Source: Octopus sinensis (lineage: Eukaryota). From it: a DNA stretch of 64,000 nucleotides. Position numbers and translations under genes: made by a program. Of this stretch, positions 50,006 to 61,931 are shown in pieces (the stretch's first letter is position 1; every line of letters starts with the position of its first letter). Where the stretch lies: the NCBI RefSeq assembly GCF_006345805.1, contig NC_043001.1, positions 131,378,001 through 131,442,000 on the forward strand. Reading direction: 5' to 3'. The notes below the pieces were generated by a model. It was not told the origin of the DNA and made no database searches. It worked only from the letters and a program-made list of their open reading frames with translations.

Positions 50006-51694
50006 TATATACGCCAATATATATATATGCAGAGTCACTTCCCTCTTTGCCCAGTTCTCAATAAAATGATGGAAGGAGTATGAATAGTCTTTTATGTGGC
50101 ATACTTCTCTCCAACCATTTTTCTGGGAGCTGACCTGTACACTATTTCATTCTAGTTTACAATGCTTGCTAATGATGAGCAGCTGCTGATGCTTTCATTT
50201 TTCGAAGTTTACAATTTTACCACTGAATTTTTGTGTTTAAAATATATCAGTGCAAATGCTTCCTTTTTCATCTATCTTCTTTTTAATCACTTCTTTCTTT
50301 TCTTTTTGTGATCAAAATGAATTTCAAAACTTACTATATGTGTAGTTTGTACCTCCTTCTGCATTTTTCTATAGCAATATATTAAATCACAGGTAAATGC
50401 TAAATTATTCTGAAGTCCTTTATTTGCGTAAAAAAAAAAAAAAGAAAAAAAAGAAGAGGAAGGAAAACACAAACTTCCTTTCCATCAAATTAAATGTGGT
50501 AAATCCAGTTTTTCCCCCAAAATTGTCTTGCATCCATTCACTGCAAACAACAATAACAAGTATAATAATAATAATAATAATTTTGAACATAGGCGCAAAG
50601 TGGTTAGTCAATTATGCCAACTCCAGTACTTGACTGGTACTTTATCAACTCTGAAAGGATAAAAGGCAAAGTTGACCTAGGTTGAAACTGAATTCAAACT
50701 GTAAAGAGCTGTTATAAATACTAATGCTCTAATGATTCTGCCAAATAATAATATTATAAATGTTTTATTTTAACTATAAAGCTTTCAGTATTTTTTATTA
50801 TTATTATCAACATGACAGGCTTTCCAGGCAGACTATTGAAAAACCTTGTTTTTTATGCAAGTTTTTTTCTCTCTTTTTCTTTTTTGTTATATTATTGAGT
50901 AAAGTACTTGCAACATACTTCATTGTCATGTCATTAGACAAATGAAAGATATTTCTGCCTGAAAAATCATAGCCTTTACATTTATGAACAAACATTATCT
51001 TTGAACTTTAGAAGTTATTTTTCTCTCAAGGTGAGAGAGAGAGGGATAGTGAGGGGGTGGGGGTGGGGGTGGACAAATAAAAAAAAATATATATATATGG
51101 AAGAAAGAAAAAGAGATGATCAAAAATGATTTTCAGAAGAAGAAATGAAGGAAAGATTGTTGCATTGACACAGATCTTCATTTGTTTAAGAAAACCATTG
51201 ACGAGGTATTATTTTGCTTTCCGCAATGTTTTTTTATGCATGCATACAAGTGTGTATGTTATGACATATAATGATCTGCTTTATCTTTCATATATGGTTG
51301 AGTTGCATAATATATATAATAATTGAAGTGTATATTATGCATTGATTTCAAATTTTAGCACAAAGGTAAATCAATTACATTGACCTCAGTACTTAATTGG
51401 TACGTATTTTATCAATCATGCAAAGATGAAAGGCAAAGTTAACCTTGGTGGGATCTGAACTCAAAGTGTAAAGACAGGCAAAATGCTGCTAAACATTTTG
51501 TCTGGCGTGCTAGCAATTCTGCCAGCGAGACTCCTTTATGTATATATTATACGTTGATGATAAACACACATGCTCTATACACTCACATAAATACATGCAT
51601 GAATATGTATTATATATATGTTCAAAGTTCAGATTGCCTCTACTACTGCTGATAAGTAAAAGGCAAATTGTATAATGCTTGTGTGTGAAAAGCA

Positions 51695-52000
51695 ATATTG
51701 CACTTGGGCCCTGAATGTGGGGGGATTTCTGGTGGCTTCAAAGGAAATGAACATGCTCTGCAGGAAGTGGATACATGAAGTGGGGGAACTCAATTGAGTT
51801 CAGAGAAGAGATGTAGCTTGCAAGATAGAATAACACTGGTATGGCAATGTGATGTCGGAAGAGTTGTATAAAGAAGTGACGAATGCTCAAAATAGATGAA
51901 ACTTAGAGAACAGGGAAACTCAGGATGATGTGAGGTAAAGTGATGTAAACTAATTACAAGAAGCTGGAACCTCATGAAGGAATTGACAAAGGACTAAGAA
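51695..52000 (+). mobile_element. Highly degenerate RTE LINE 3' coding fragment
   Basis: TWALNVGD, HWYGNVM and KK.RMLKIDET..TGKLRM. resemble the RTE C-terminal motifs ETWAL / RLRWYGHV / RGRPRKTW. Confidence 0.55.
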
Positions 52001-52099
52001 AAGAGACATATTTTCCAGAGGAAATTTCCCGACCAATGCTTGCCGGTTGAATAGACATAGAGAAGATAGTGGGGATGCGAACTAGAATATATAATATAT

Positions 52100-52436
52100 C
52101 CAGCCTCGTCTGGCACCTGTGTCGGTGGCACATAAAAAACACCATCCGAGCGTGGCCGTTCGCCAGCCTCGTCTGGCACCTGTGTCGGTGGCACATAAAA
52201 AGCACCATCCGAGCATGGCTGTTCGCCAGCCTCGTCTGGCACCTGTGTCGGTGGCACATAAAATCACCCACTACACTCTCGGAGTGCTTGGCGTTAGGAA
52301 GGGCATCCAGCTGTAGAAACACTGCCAGATCTGACTGGCCTGGTGCAGCCTTCGGGCTTCCCAGGCCCCAGTTGAACCGTCCAACCCATGCTAGAATGGA
52401 AGGCGGACGTTAAACGATGATGATGATGATGATGAT
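52100..52436 (+). mobile_element. RTE-tailed element 3' portion with a 63-bp internal tandem repeat (~2.6 copies)
   Basis: Units start at 52100, 52163 and 52226; tail cccatgctagaatggaaggcggacgttaaac(gat)n. Confidence 0.8.
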
Positions 52437-54731
52437 CCACATTATGCACCTGTTTCCCTCTGCTACTCCACAATATATCACCTCTTTATTTTTTACTCAT
52501 ACTCTCTTATTCACTGTTCTATGCTACCTGGGTCTTAAGGAATGGCATTGGATATTTTCGTACTCAGTCAACACACCATCACTGATTACCACTCAACCTC
52601 TCTTCTATCATGACATCTATGTCATGAAGGATGCATTAGATTTGACATATCTTCACATAAAACTCCTCATTGATGTCCTCCATTCTGTCACAATCTCTTG
52701 CTATCATTGATTTTACTCTCTCATACCGTCTCTTGAGTTCATTGCTGACCTTCAGTTTTTCACTCCCATATTACTCTCTCCTAACACTCTTGGCTGGCAT
52801 ACATCAATTTCTTTCTCCCACATCCTTTACTCCTCCCTTCGCCATTACTGATTTCCCCTACTATTCCCTCTTCTCTCATTATGCTGCTCATGGTATTTTC
52901 CTATTCAAGCTCTTTACCAATAACCAACATGTAGCAGCTTGTCATTATTTCTTACATAACCTCTTTGCATAGTGCCCTTTTGTTCATATCCCCCTATTAT
53001 TCTCATACTTTTTCTCTCCTTTCACTCTCTCACTCGGAGTCTCTCTCTCTCTCTTTGAACTAGTGTTGATTCTATGATAAAATGCATACAGTGCATTTTG
53101 TGAAGAAGTTGGCAAATCAACATAGAAAATATAGAGTCGAGAAATCCTGTCAAATTATACTAGAGGTAATTTCTCCAGTGCTGGTTCTATGTATGATAAA
53201 GTGCATCCAGTACACTGTAAAAGTAATTGCCATTAGGAAAGAGATCTTACTGTGGAAATAATGCAAAACTTGGGGACAGATGAGTAAGATACGTTCTTCT
53301 GATATGTCTAGTAGGACAGTAACATTGAATAAAAATTGTCTCAGACCATGTCATCCTGTCCAACCCGAGCACAGGTGTGTGTGTATGTGTGTGTGTGAGT
53401 GAGTGTGTGCGTGTGTGTATGTGTGTGCGTGCATGTGTGTGAGTGTTTGTGCATATACATATATATTCCAGTGACTTGTGAAACTTGGAAACCCAAAACT
53501 CACTAACAAAAGGAGAACAAATTTTTTGTACAAGACATAAAAAAATAAACACAAGTATATATGTTTTAGTATGACTGTCACACAAACTGCCAATGTATGA
53601 CTATAGATGCAAGTTTTATGCCTTGTCTAAGAATTCTTCTTTTCAAAAAGTCTCGCATTTTCATTAATAAAAGTATGAATATCTCTTGTTATTGCTCTTT
53701 TCCCATTGCCCCACTCTCTACTTAAGAACCTTGGACTTTATAAAGAAACAATCATTATATAAAATAAACAAGCCTGAATGTGTATGCTCTGTCAGTAGTC
53801 TAGTGTGTGTGTGTGTGTGTGTGTGTGTGCTTGAGTTATTCTCTCCACCTTGTTATAAAATGTAATAAACTTCTGGTCTCTAACGAAGCATTACTTGATT
53901 GCTTGCCTCACTTATAGTTTTCAAATATAATTATAATAGCATTTATCACTCATAGTTGCTGATCACTTCTATTTCTCAATATAGGAAACTAAAGCAGGTG
54001 TCAGTATTCACTCGATTGATTTGCTAGAAATAGCTCTCAAATTTCCCTCAAATAACATCCTCTCGTTTTTACAAACATGGAAAGGTCACTCACATTCGAT
54101 AATGTAATTCCTACACAGATGGGTCTGTTTGATCAAGGATACCTTTGGGGCAGGCAGGTGGCTAAACAAGAAAAGAGATAATTCATAATAAATGATGAAT
54201 TCTTAGATTAATTTATATTTATACTTGATATGTTAAAGCCAGATATTTTGTACTTCAGTCTTATTGAGAATAGAAAAATTGATATGGATATCAAAAGTAA
54301 TTTTAAGCGTACATTCTTCTCAATATACATTTCTGAATACACACTGATACTTTGTTAAGATATACATTCATGCACGTACACTAATTAAAAAATGTATTTA
54401 GATATGTTAGTAGATAGGAAGTTGTAGAAATTCAGTTGTCTTACTCTAACCTTTTTTTTTTTTCAAGATGGGAGGGTGTGATTTTAAAGAAATTTGGCTA
54501 TTTATTCTACGATACTTCGCATTTTTATTACATGTATGTTTGTGCTGTGTTGTGTTGTGTATGTTTTAGTTCTCTTTTCTTCGTTCTAGATTTCTTCTTT
54601 CCTCTTATAATATAAACAAAAAGATGATTTAATGTGGTCGAACTTGCAAAATGCCCCAAGTGGTCTTTCGTCAAGGGACATAACTCTTGTCTATAATAGC
54701 CAGGTCTTGGGGGTTCTGGACACACACGCTT

Positions 54732-54767
<36 letters not shown>

Positions 54768-55106
54768 ATCCGTACTTATATATTCTTTCTGTATGTTTCT
54801 CTTTATCAACTTGTTTATCTTTCTGTTAGTATATCTTTCTCTTGAAAGATATACTAACAGAATGTATTATTTTTAATTTTAAGACCAAGGGGGAAAAAAC
54901 AGCTATTTCAAAAGAATTTTTTTTTGTTTCTTTTTCGTTTTGTATTTTGCCTGTATCAATATCTATAAATCATTTTATTTTTTATTACATATGCATAAAC
55001 AGATTGTCTCTCTCTCTCTCTCTCGCCGCTTTTGTAATTTCTTATATGGATAGGAGTGTAGTAGTGGAGTGGGGTATGATAAATCATTGCTTTCCCCTGT
55101 GAAACT

Positions 55107-55147
55107 AACGGCAGATGTGTATGTGTGTGCGTGTGCGTGTGTGTGTG

Positions 55148-55191
<44 letters not shown>

Positions 55192-55244
55192 TGTGTGTGT
55201 CTCTGTATGTGTGTGCGTGTGTGTGTGTGTGTGCGTGTGCGTGT

Positions 55245-55276
<32 letters not shown>

Positions 55277-55301
55277 CTCTGTATGTGTGTGTGTGTGTGT
55301 G
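55107..55301. repeat. (GT)n microsatellite
   Basis: Direct reading. Confidence 0.95.
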
Positions 55302-55846
55302 CACGTAGCAATTCCAACTGGGAATCGGAAAAAGCAGGTTGCGCGATCGATTTGTTTAGTGATTATGAACTGCACTACCGCTGCCCATTGACACATTTGC
55401 ACACATAACACACAGGACACTTGATATGAAATAAAATTATATAACCAGAATTAATCGGAGCGGTAGAACTGAATTGTGGGACTTTATTTTATTTTATTTT
55501 ATTTTTTTTTTTGGCTTTTCTGTTTTCGAAACTTTGTTTCATTTCTAAATTAACAACAACTGAAACCGAATTACCCACTTAGCTCTAGAGAAGTGTGTAC
55601 CAGTACCAGTACCAGTCAAGTACTGGAGTCGATGGATCGATTTACCCCTTCCCCAAAATTTCAGGCCTTGTACCTACCTACCGTAGAAAGGATTATCATT
55701 ATCCGTGATTCACTTTGCCTTTCATCATTTCGGAGCCGATAAAATAAGTACAAGTCAGTACTGAAGTCGATGTAATCGACTAGCCCCTGTCCCCTAAAAT
55801 CTCAAGCCTAAAGTCGAAAGGATTATTATTATTATTATTATCATTA

Positions 55847-55889
<43 letters not shown>

Positions 55890-55892
<3 letters not shown>

Positions 55893-56316
55893 TAGTTTTA
55901 TTTTTTATATCGTGCTTTCACTTCACTACCGAGCGCAGCTCTGTGTGCCTTGGGTATGTGCTGTGATTCTCTGATGGTTATTGTATGGAAAGTGTTCTGC
56001 GTAGGATGTGTGCAGTGCCTAGTAGTGCAATTTTCTGTATGTTATATGTGTTTGTAAGTCCTGGTGTTTTTGTTATGTATTTGTCTGAATATTTTTTTTT
56101 ATCATGCCTAATGCACCTACTATGATAGGAATGTTTTCTGTTTTTAGATTCCACATTCTGGATACCTCTATTTCCAGGTCTTTGTATTTTGAGAGTTTCT
56201 CCATTTCTTTTAGAGACACGTTGTCATCTGCCGGTATTGATACATCAATTAGAAAGCATTTTTTTTCTTCATGATCTCTGACAACTATATCTGGTCTGTT
56301 GGCCTTAATTTCTCTA
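55890..56316 (-). mobile_element. 5'-truncated Dong/R4 retrotransposon in (TAA)n
   Basis: Minus peptide EIKANRPDIVVRDHEEKKCFLIDVSIPADDNVSLKEMEKLSKYKDLEIEVSRMW..PIIVGALG..IQKIALLGTAHILRRTLS; (TAA)n on both flanks. Confidence 0.92.
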
Positions 56317-56573
56317 TTAATTTATTATTATTATTATTATCCTTATTCTGCTCTAGGTTAAAAGTAACTGATTGGACCCAGGCATTCTACCTATGACCGA
56401 TCTTAGTCTCGTCAGGGATGTCTTCGACTGTATTATCTGACGTGTCCTTTTCTTTTTTAAGATGATATGGTGTGATGTAAAGGAAAATTGGCGATTTTAG
56501 TCCACGATACTTTATAGCTTTACAGTATCTTTATGTATGTATGTATGTATGTATGTATGTATGTATGTATGCT

Positions 56574-56610
<37 letters not shown>

Positions 56611-56641
56611 GTATGTATGTATGTATGTATGTATGTATGTA

Positions 56642-56676
<35 letters not shown>

Positions 56677-57174
56677 ATGTGTGGGTGCATGTGTGTGTGT
56701 GTGCGTATGTATGTATCCATGCATGCATGTACGTACGTGTGCGTGTGTTGCTTTGAAGTCTGCATCATAGTCTTCCTCCTAGCTTTTCTACTTCCATATA
56801 AAACTTCAAATTTTTATTTTCATATGTAACATATAAACATGTACATCTTTTAGAACATTGTCATTTTATAAGATTTTGCTGGCGAATTTTTAGATTAACA
56901 TAAGCATTTATTTACATGAAAGAAAATTACCCGGGAACTTTCATCTAATTCCGTTAGATTTCTCTGTTAAAACTGTAGTGAAACCATTTGTGGGGGATTT
57001 TGTTTTTACACATTATGCCAATAAAGGATAAACAAACAATTTTAAAAAATCTATAAAAACAACAGACAGCAAAAGAAAAAAATAGGCAGGAAAACAAACT
57101 GAAATTGTAGCAAAAAAGAAAAAGAGCAAAGCAGAGTAGGGTTGCATGCAGTTCTTTGCAAACTTACCTATACC

Positions 57175-57378
57175 TATTTCTTTACTACCCACAAGGGGCT
57201 AAACATAGTGTGGACAAACAAGGACAGACAAAGGGATTAAGTTGATTATATCGACCCCAGTGCACAACTGGTACTTATTTAATCGACCCTGAAAGGATGA
57301 AAGGCAAAGTCGACCTCGGCGGAATTTGAACTCAGCACGTAGCGGCAGACGAAATACCTCTAAGCATTTCGCCCGGCA
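57175..57378 (-). mobile_element. SINE family C with Tx1-like tail
   Basis: Matches 13275-13497. Confidence 0.85.
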
Positions 57379-57625
57379 CCATCATAGATGGGTTGTTAGA
57401 GAGGGGATTTATTTTTTTTTCATGGTGAGCATGTCACTGAGTTTCTGTAGGCCTATTTGGCTCAGTGACAGAAACCTCTAAATAAGGGCCATAGTTGATT
57501 GAATCACCACTGTATATTACTGAGTCCTCTTTTAGTGACCAAGTGAGGTAGAAGTAAAATCAATTCCTATGGAATTTGAACTTAGGATGTGAAAAGACAC
57601 AAGTAAATAAATAAAAGGCATTTAA

Positions 57626-57843
57626 CCCTTTAGTATTTAAACCGGTCATATCCAGCCAAAATAGTTAATCTGTTTTATGTTCAAACTGACCAGATCCAGG
57701 CTCTCACACCTACCCTACAATGTTTTTCTACATTAGGTAATTACACCATCAAGATCTTGAAGATATGAGATAATGCATGATTAATTCAAATCAATATGAA
57801 TCAATAACATTATGTTTTATAGAATAATCTGAACACTAAAGGG
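57626..57843 (+). mobile_element. piggyBac-like MITE
   Basis: TTAA TSDs; ccctttag / ctaaaggg TIRs. Confidence 0.88.
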
Positions 57844-58235
57844 TTAATCTGGCTCAGCTTTTTCTGTTGTGCCATCCCAATGTTAATCAGTGCTAAATTC
57901 AAGTCTACTTAAAGGAAGCCTATTGTATAAAAAAGTTTCTGAAATTAAAAAGGTTACTAGGAGCTCAATGTCTCCAAGATATAAAGCAATTAAGAAATCA
58001 TGCCAAAAATATATACAGTTGAGTTATAGCAATTCAGTAGACCATTTTATCAATCGCAGAGGAATAAAGATCTAAGAAGGCAGTGGGAAGGTCAAGACTG
58101 GAAACCAAAGGATTAAATATTTAAGTATTTATATATTTTCATCTGAAACTACAGTTCTCTGGAATTCCCCCCCCCCCCCTAGTCTATGTTAGTTCAATTG
58201 TTAACCCCCAGATAAGCCCTAACAGATCACCTTAA

Positions 58236-58457
58236 CCCTTTAGTGTTCGCATTATTCTGACAAAATTAATCCTTTTTTTATTCACATTGCCTTGAACTAA
58301 TCAGGCATTGTCTTGTAGCTATGAGATTTTGATGAGGTAACTGTTAATTTTTAAAACGATATTGTCGGGTTAGTGTGAGAGACCAGATCTGGCCAGTTTG
58401 AACATAAAACTGGCAGAATACTTTTGGCCAGATATGACCAGTTTAAATGCTAAAGGG
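58236..58457 (-). mobile_element. piggyBac-like MITE, inverted relative to 57626
   Basis: Reverse complement of 45416-45636; TTAA on the left only. Confidence 0.85.
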
Positions 58458-59480
58458 AGCTGAAGGCATTCCAGCTGTGTCCATCCCATCTTTTGTATAA
58501 TGATAAGCTGTGATCTGAGGAAATTTGACTTCTATTTCTAACAGTTCAAGAAACCTATTTCCATGGAATTTGTAGCATATACTGTGAGGTGAATTTACTT
58601 TGACAAGAAACCAATCAATCATATTGTTTTTGTTGTCATTGTTACCATCATCGTCATTTTCGTTGTCTTCTTCCTCATTATTATCAATGTAATTATCTTT
58701 ATTTTGATTTTGTTTGTTTTGTCATGCAAGGATTGCTTTCAATACTGTCATCTCATCTATAAGGCCCAACATCTTAAGTTCTAAGTTCACCAATGTTTCT
58801 TATGCTTTCTGTGGAGTTTTTCTTTGCCACCACACTCAACAGACCAACACTTCTTACCAGGCAGATACACACAAATACACAAATACACAAATTAACACAC
58901 ACACACTCCACCACTCTCTCTATTCTTTATTAATTATTTTTTATTATCAGAGTAGTCATCTTTCTTTTTAATTTTCTATAAATGTAATTTTGAAGTGAAG
59001 AAAACATGCTGGGGACTAGGGTGGGGAAGATATGACATGTAAAACAACAAAAACTGTAAGGAAAGTAAAAGCCAAAAAATAAAAAAAACCCCCACAATAA
59101 CAAATAACCCAAAAGGAAAGAAAAGAAGAAAAAGTAATGACAATAGAGAAAATTAAGAAAGTGTGTGTGTGTATGTGTTATGATAATTTAAAACATTTTC
59201 CCTTGTAGTATACATACAGATACATATGTGTGTATATGCATGAATGTATAATACATAAATGATGATGATGGTGACACTTTATATATCTCCCTCCACAGGC
59301 ACATTTACATGCATATATATTTTATACAGTTAGAATGCATGCATGCATGTATGTATATGGCGAATATACATGTATGCATTTTTGTATTGATGTGTGCACA
59401 CATACACACACACATACATGCATAAATGTGTGTAACTATGTTTGTATTCTCAATATGTTTTCAAGTAACTATGATTATGT

Positions 59481-59881
59481 CAGGAGTGGCTGTGTGGTAA
59501 GTAGCTTGCTAACCAACCACATGGTTCCGGGTTCAGTCCCACTGCGTGGCATCTTGGGCAAGTGTCTTCTGCTATAGCCCCGGGCCGACCAATGCCTTGT
59601 GAGTGGATTTGGTAGACGGAAACTGAAAGAAGCCTGTCGTATATATGTATATATATATATATATATATAAGTGTGTGTTTGTGTGTCTGTGTTTGTCCCC
59701 CTAGCATTGCTTGACAACTGATGCTGGTGTGTTTACGTCCCCGTCACTTAGCGGTTCGGCAAAAGAGACCGATAGAATAAGTACTGGGCTTACAAAGAAT
59801 AAGTCCCGGGGTCGATTTGCTCGACTAACAGGCGGTGCTCCAGCATGGCCGCAGTCAAATGACTTAAACAAGTAAAAGAGT
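59481..59881 (+). mobile_element. Young SINE family B
   Basis: Near-identical to 7258-7665. Confidence 0.9.
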
Positions 59882-60244
59882 ATACTCACACACACAAACA
59901 TACATATATACATACTGACACACTTATTCATAGATGTGTGTTTGCTGCATGCATACACACATGCACTTGCACACATGCACACATTAGTTCCTGAAAATGA
60001 CTGTGGTATCATTTAATTATCCCCCCCCCGTTTCATAGTTCATAGCCATTATCATCATCATTTTTTTGTTGGTGCGGTGGGTGGTTGTCACCATTGTTTC
60101 TGGTCCACTTCTAACCCTCCTTCTCCACCTAAAACATCTTCACCATCATCTATATATCATCCACAGTATAATTGTTCTATTGAAAACACTACTTTCTCTT
60201 TCTCCACGCTTCCCTCATTGTGTGTGGGATGTGTGTGTGTATAT

Positions 60245-60286
<42 letters not shown>

Positions 60287-60371
60287 TATATATACACATA
60301 TATATTTACATATATATACATATATACATATATACATATATATATATATATATTATATATATATATATTAT

Positions 60372-60426
<55 letters not shown>

Positions 60427-60449
60427 TATATACACACATATATATTTAC

Positions 60450-60511
<62 letters not shown>

Positions 60512-60911
60512 ATATATATATATATTATATATATATATATATATTCCATTCTATCACTGCCTTTCTCTCTCATAGTTTGTAACAGATGGCAGTGATTTGT
60601 TGCTCCTATGATCTTCATAGTTTTGATAAATAAGAGCTGATCAGATAAATGGATTAATGATGTTTTAGAAGCTTTGATTTCCCTATTATCAGTTTGACAG
60701 CTACAGAAAACCAGAAACTATGAGAGAAAAAAATTTACAACATGCAGTGTCCTGATACAGAATAATACTATTATATAGACTCTTTCTCTCTCTCTCTTAT
60801 ACATATGTGTGTATGTGTGTGGACATATACATATATATGAAACACAATTATTTTATGTACATATATATGTGTGTGTGTGTGTATATTTGTATGTGTGTGT
60901 ATGTGTATATG

Positions 60912-60942
<31 letters not shown>

Positions 60943-61009
60943 ATGTGTGTGTATGTATGTGTGTGTATATATATATGTATATATACTCATACACACATGT
61001 GTGTGTATG

Positions 61010-61042
<33 letters not shown>

Positions 61043-61057
61043 ATGTGTGTGTATGCA

Positions 61058-61099
<42 letters not shown>

Positions 61100-61204
61100 C
61101 TCACACACACATGTGTGTGTATGTAAAAAAATGTGATTCATTAAAGAGAAAAAAGGCTGGATAAATTCTCTAATTATGTGTCTTTGCATATGTGTGCATG
61201 TGTG

Positions 61205-61235
<31 letters not shown>

Positions 61236-61892
61236 CTGTGCGTGTGTGCATGCACATATGCATTCAAAGATGTATTCATGCATTTGTATATATTTATCAG
61301 TGTGCAAGTATGTTTGCTTGCTGAACAGAATACATTTAATTTTTGGGAGAGAAAACAAAAACAAAAACAAAAACAAGCGAAATAAAAGTATGGCATTTTT
61401 GTATTTATCATCATTGTTGTTTACCACCATCCATCCCCATCCTCATCCCTATAAAGATGATAACAATAACAACAAAAACAACAATAAAACCCATCATCAT
61501 CATCATCGTTATCGTCATCATTATTATCATCATCATCATCACTATCACCACCACTACCATCATTATCAGCATCATCATCATCATCATCCTCACCACAATC
61601 CATAAATATATTTCATTAAATTTTGAGCCATAGATGTTTTATCTGATGATTTATAGTTGAAATAGAAAGATAACCAACCACTATTTTCTTGTTTATGTAT
61701 TTATTTAATTTACTTTTCAAAACATTAACAAAATGCAGAAAATTATATATATACGTGTGTGTGTATATATGTATAATACATACATACATACATACATATG
61801 TATATATATATATATATTATATATATATATATTATATATATATATATATAAATATATATATGTATGCTCACATATATATTTGTGTGTGTCTG

Positions 61893-61931
<39 letters not shown>

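Noticed and set aside
52100-52263. CRISPR-like repeat array
   Set aside because: Contiguous tandem units without unique spacers; eukaryotic context; no cas genes.
52440-53000. Possible minus-strand RTE coding remnant
   Set aside because: Only faint motif echoes; too decayed to support by eye.
61343-61633. Poly-His, poly-Asp and poly-Met ORFs
   Set aside because: Degenerate (CAT)n microsatellite.
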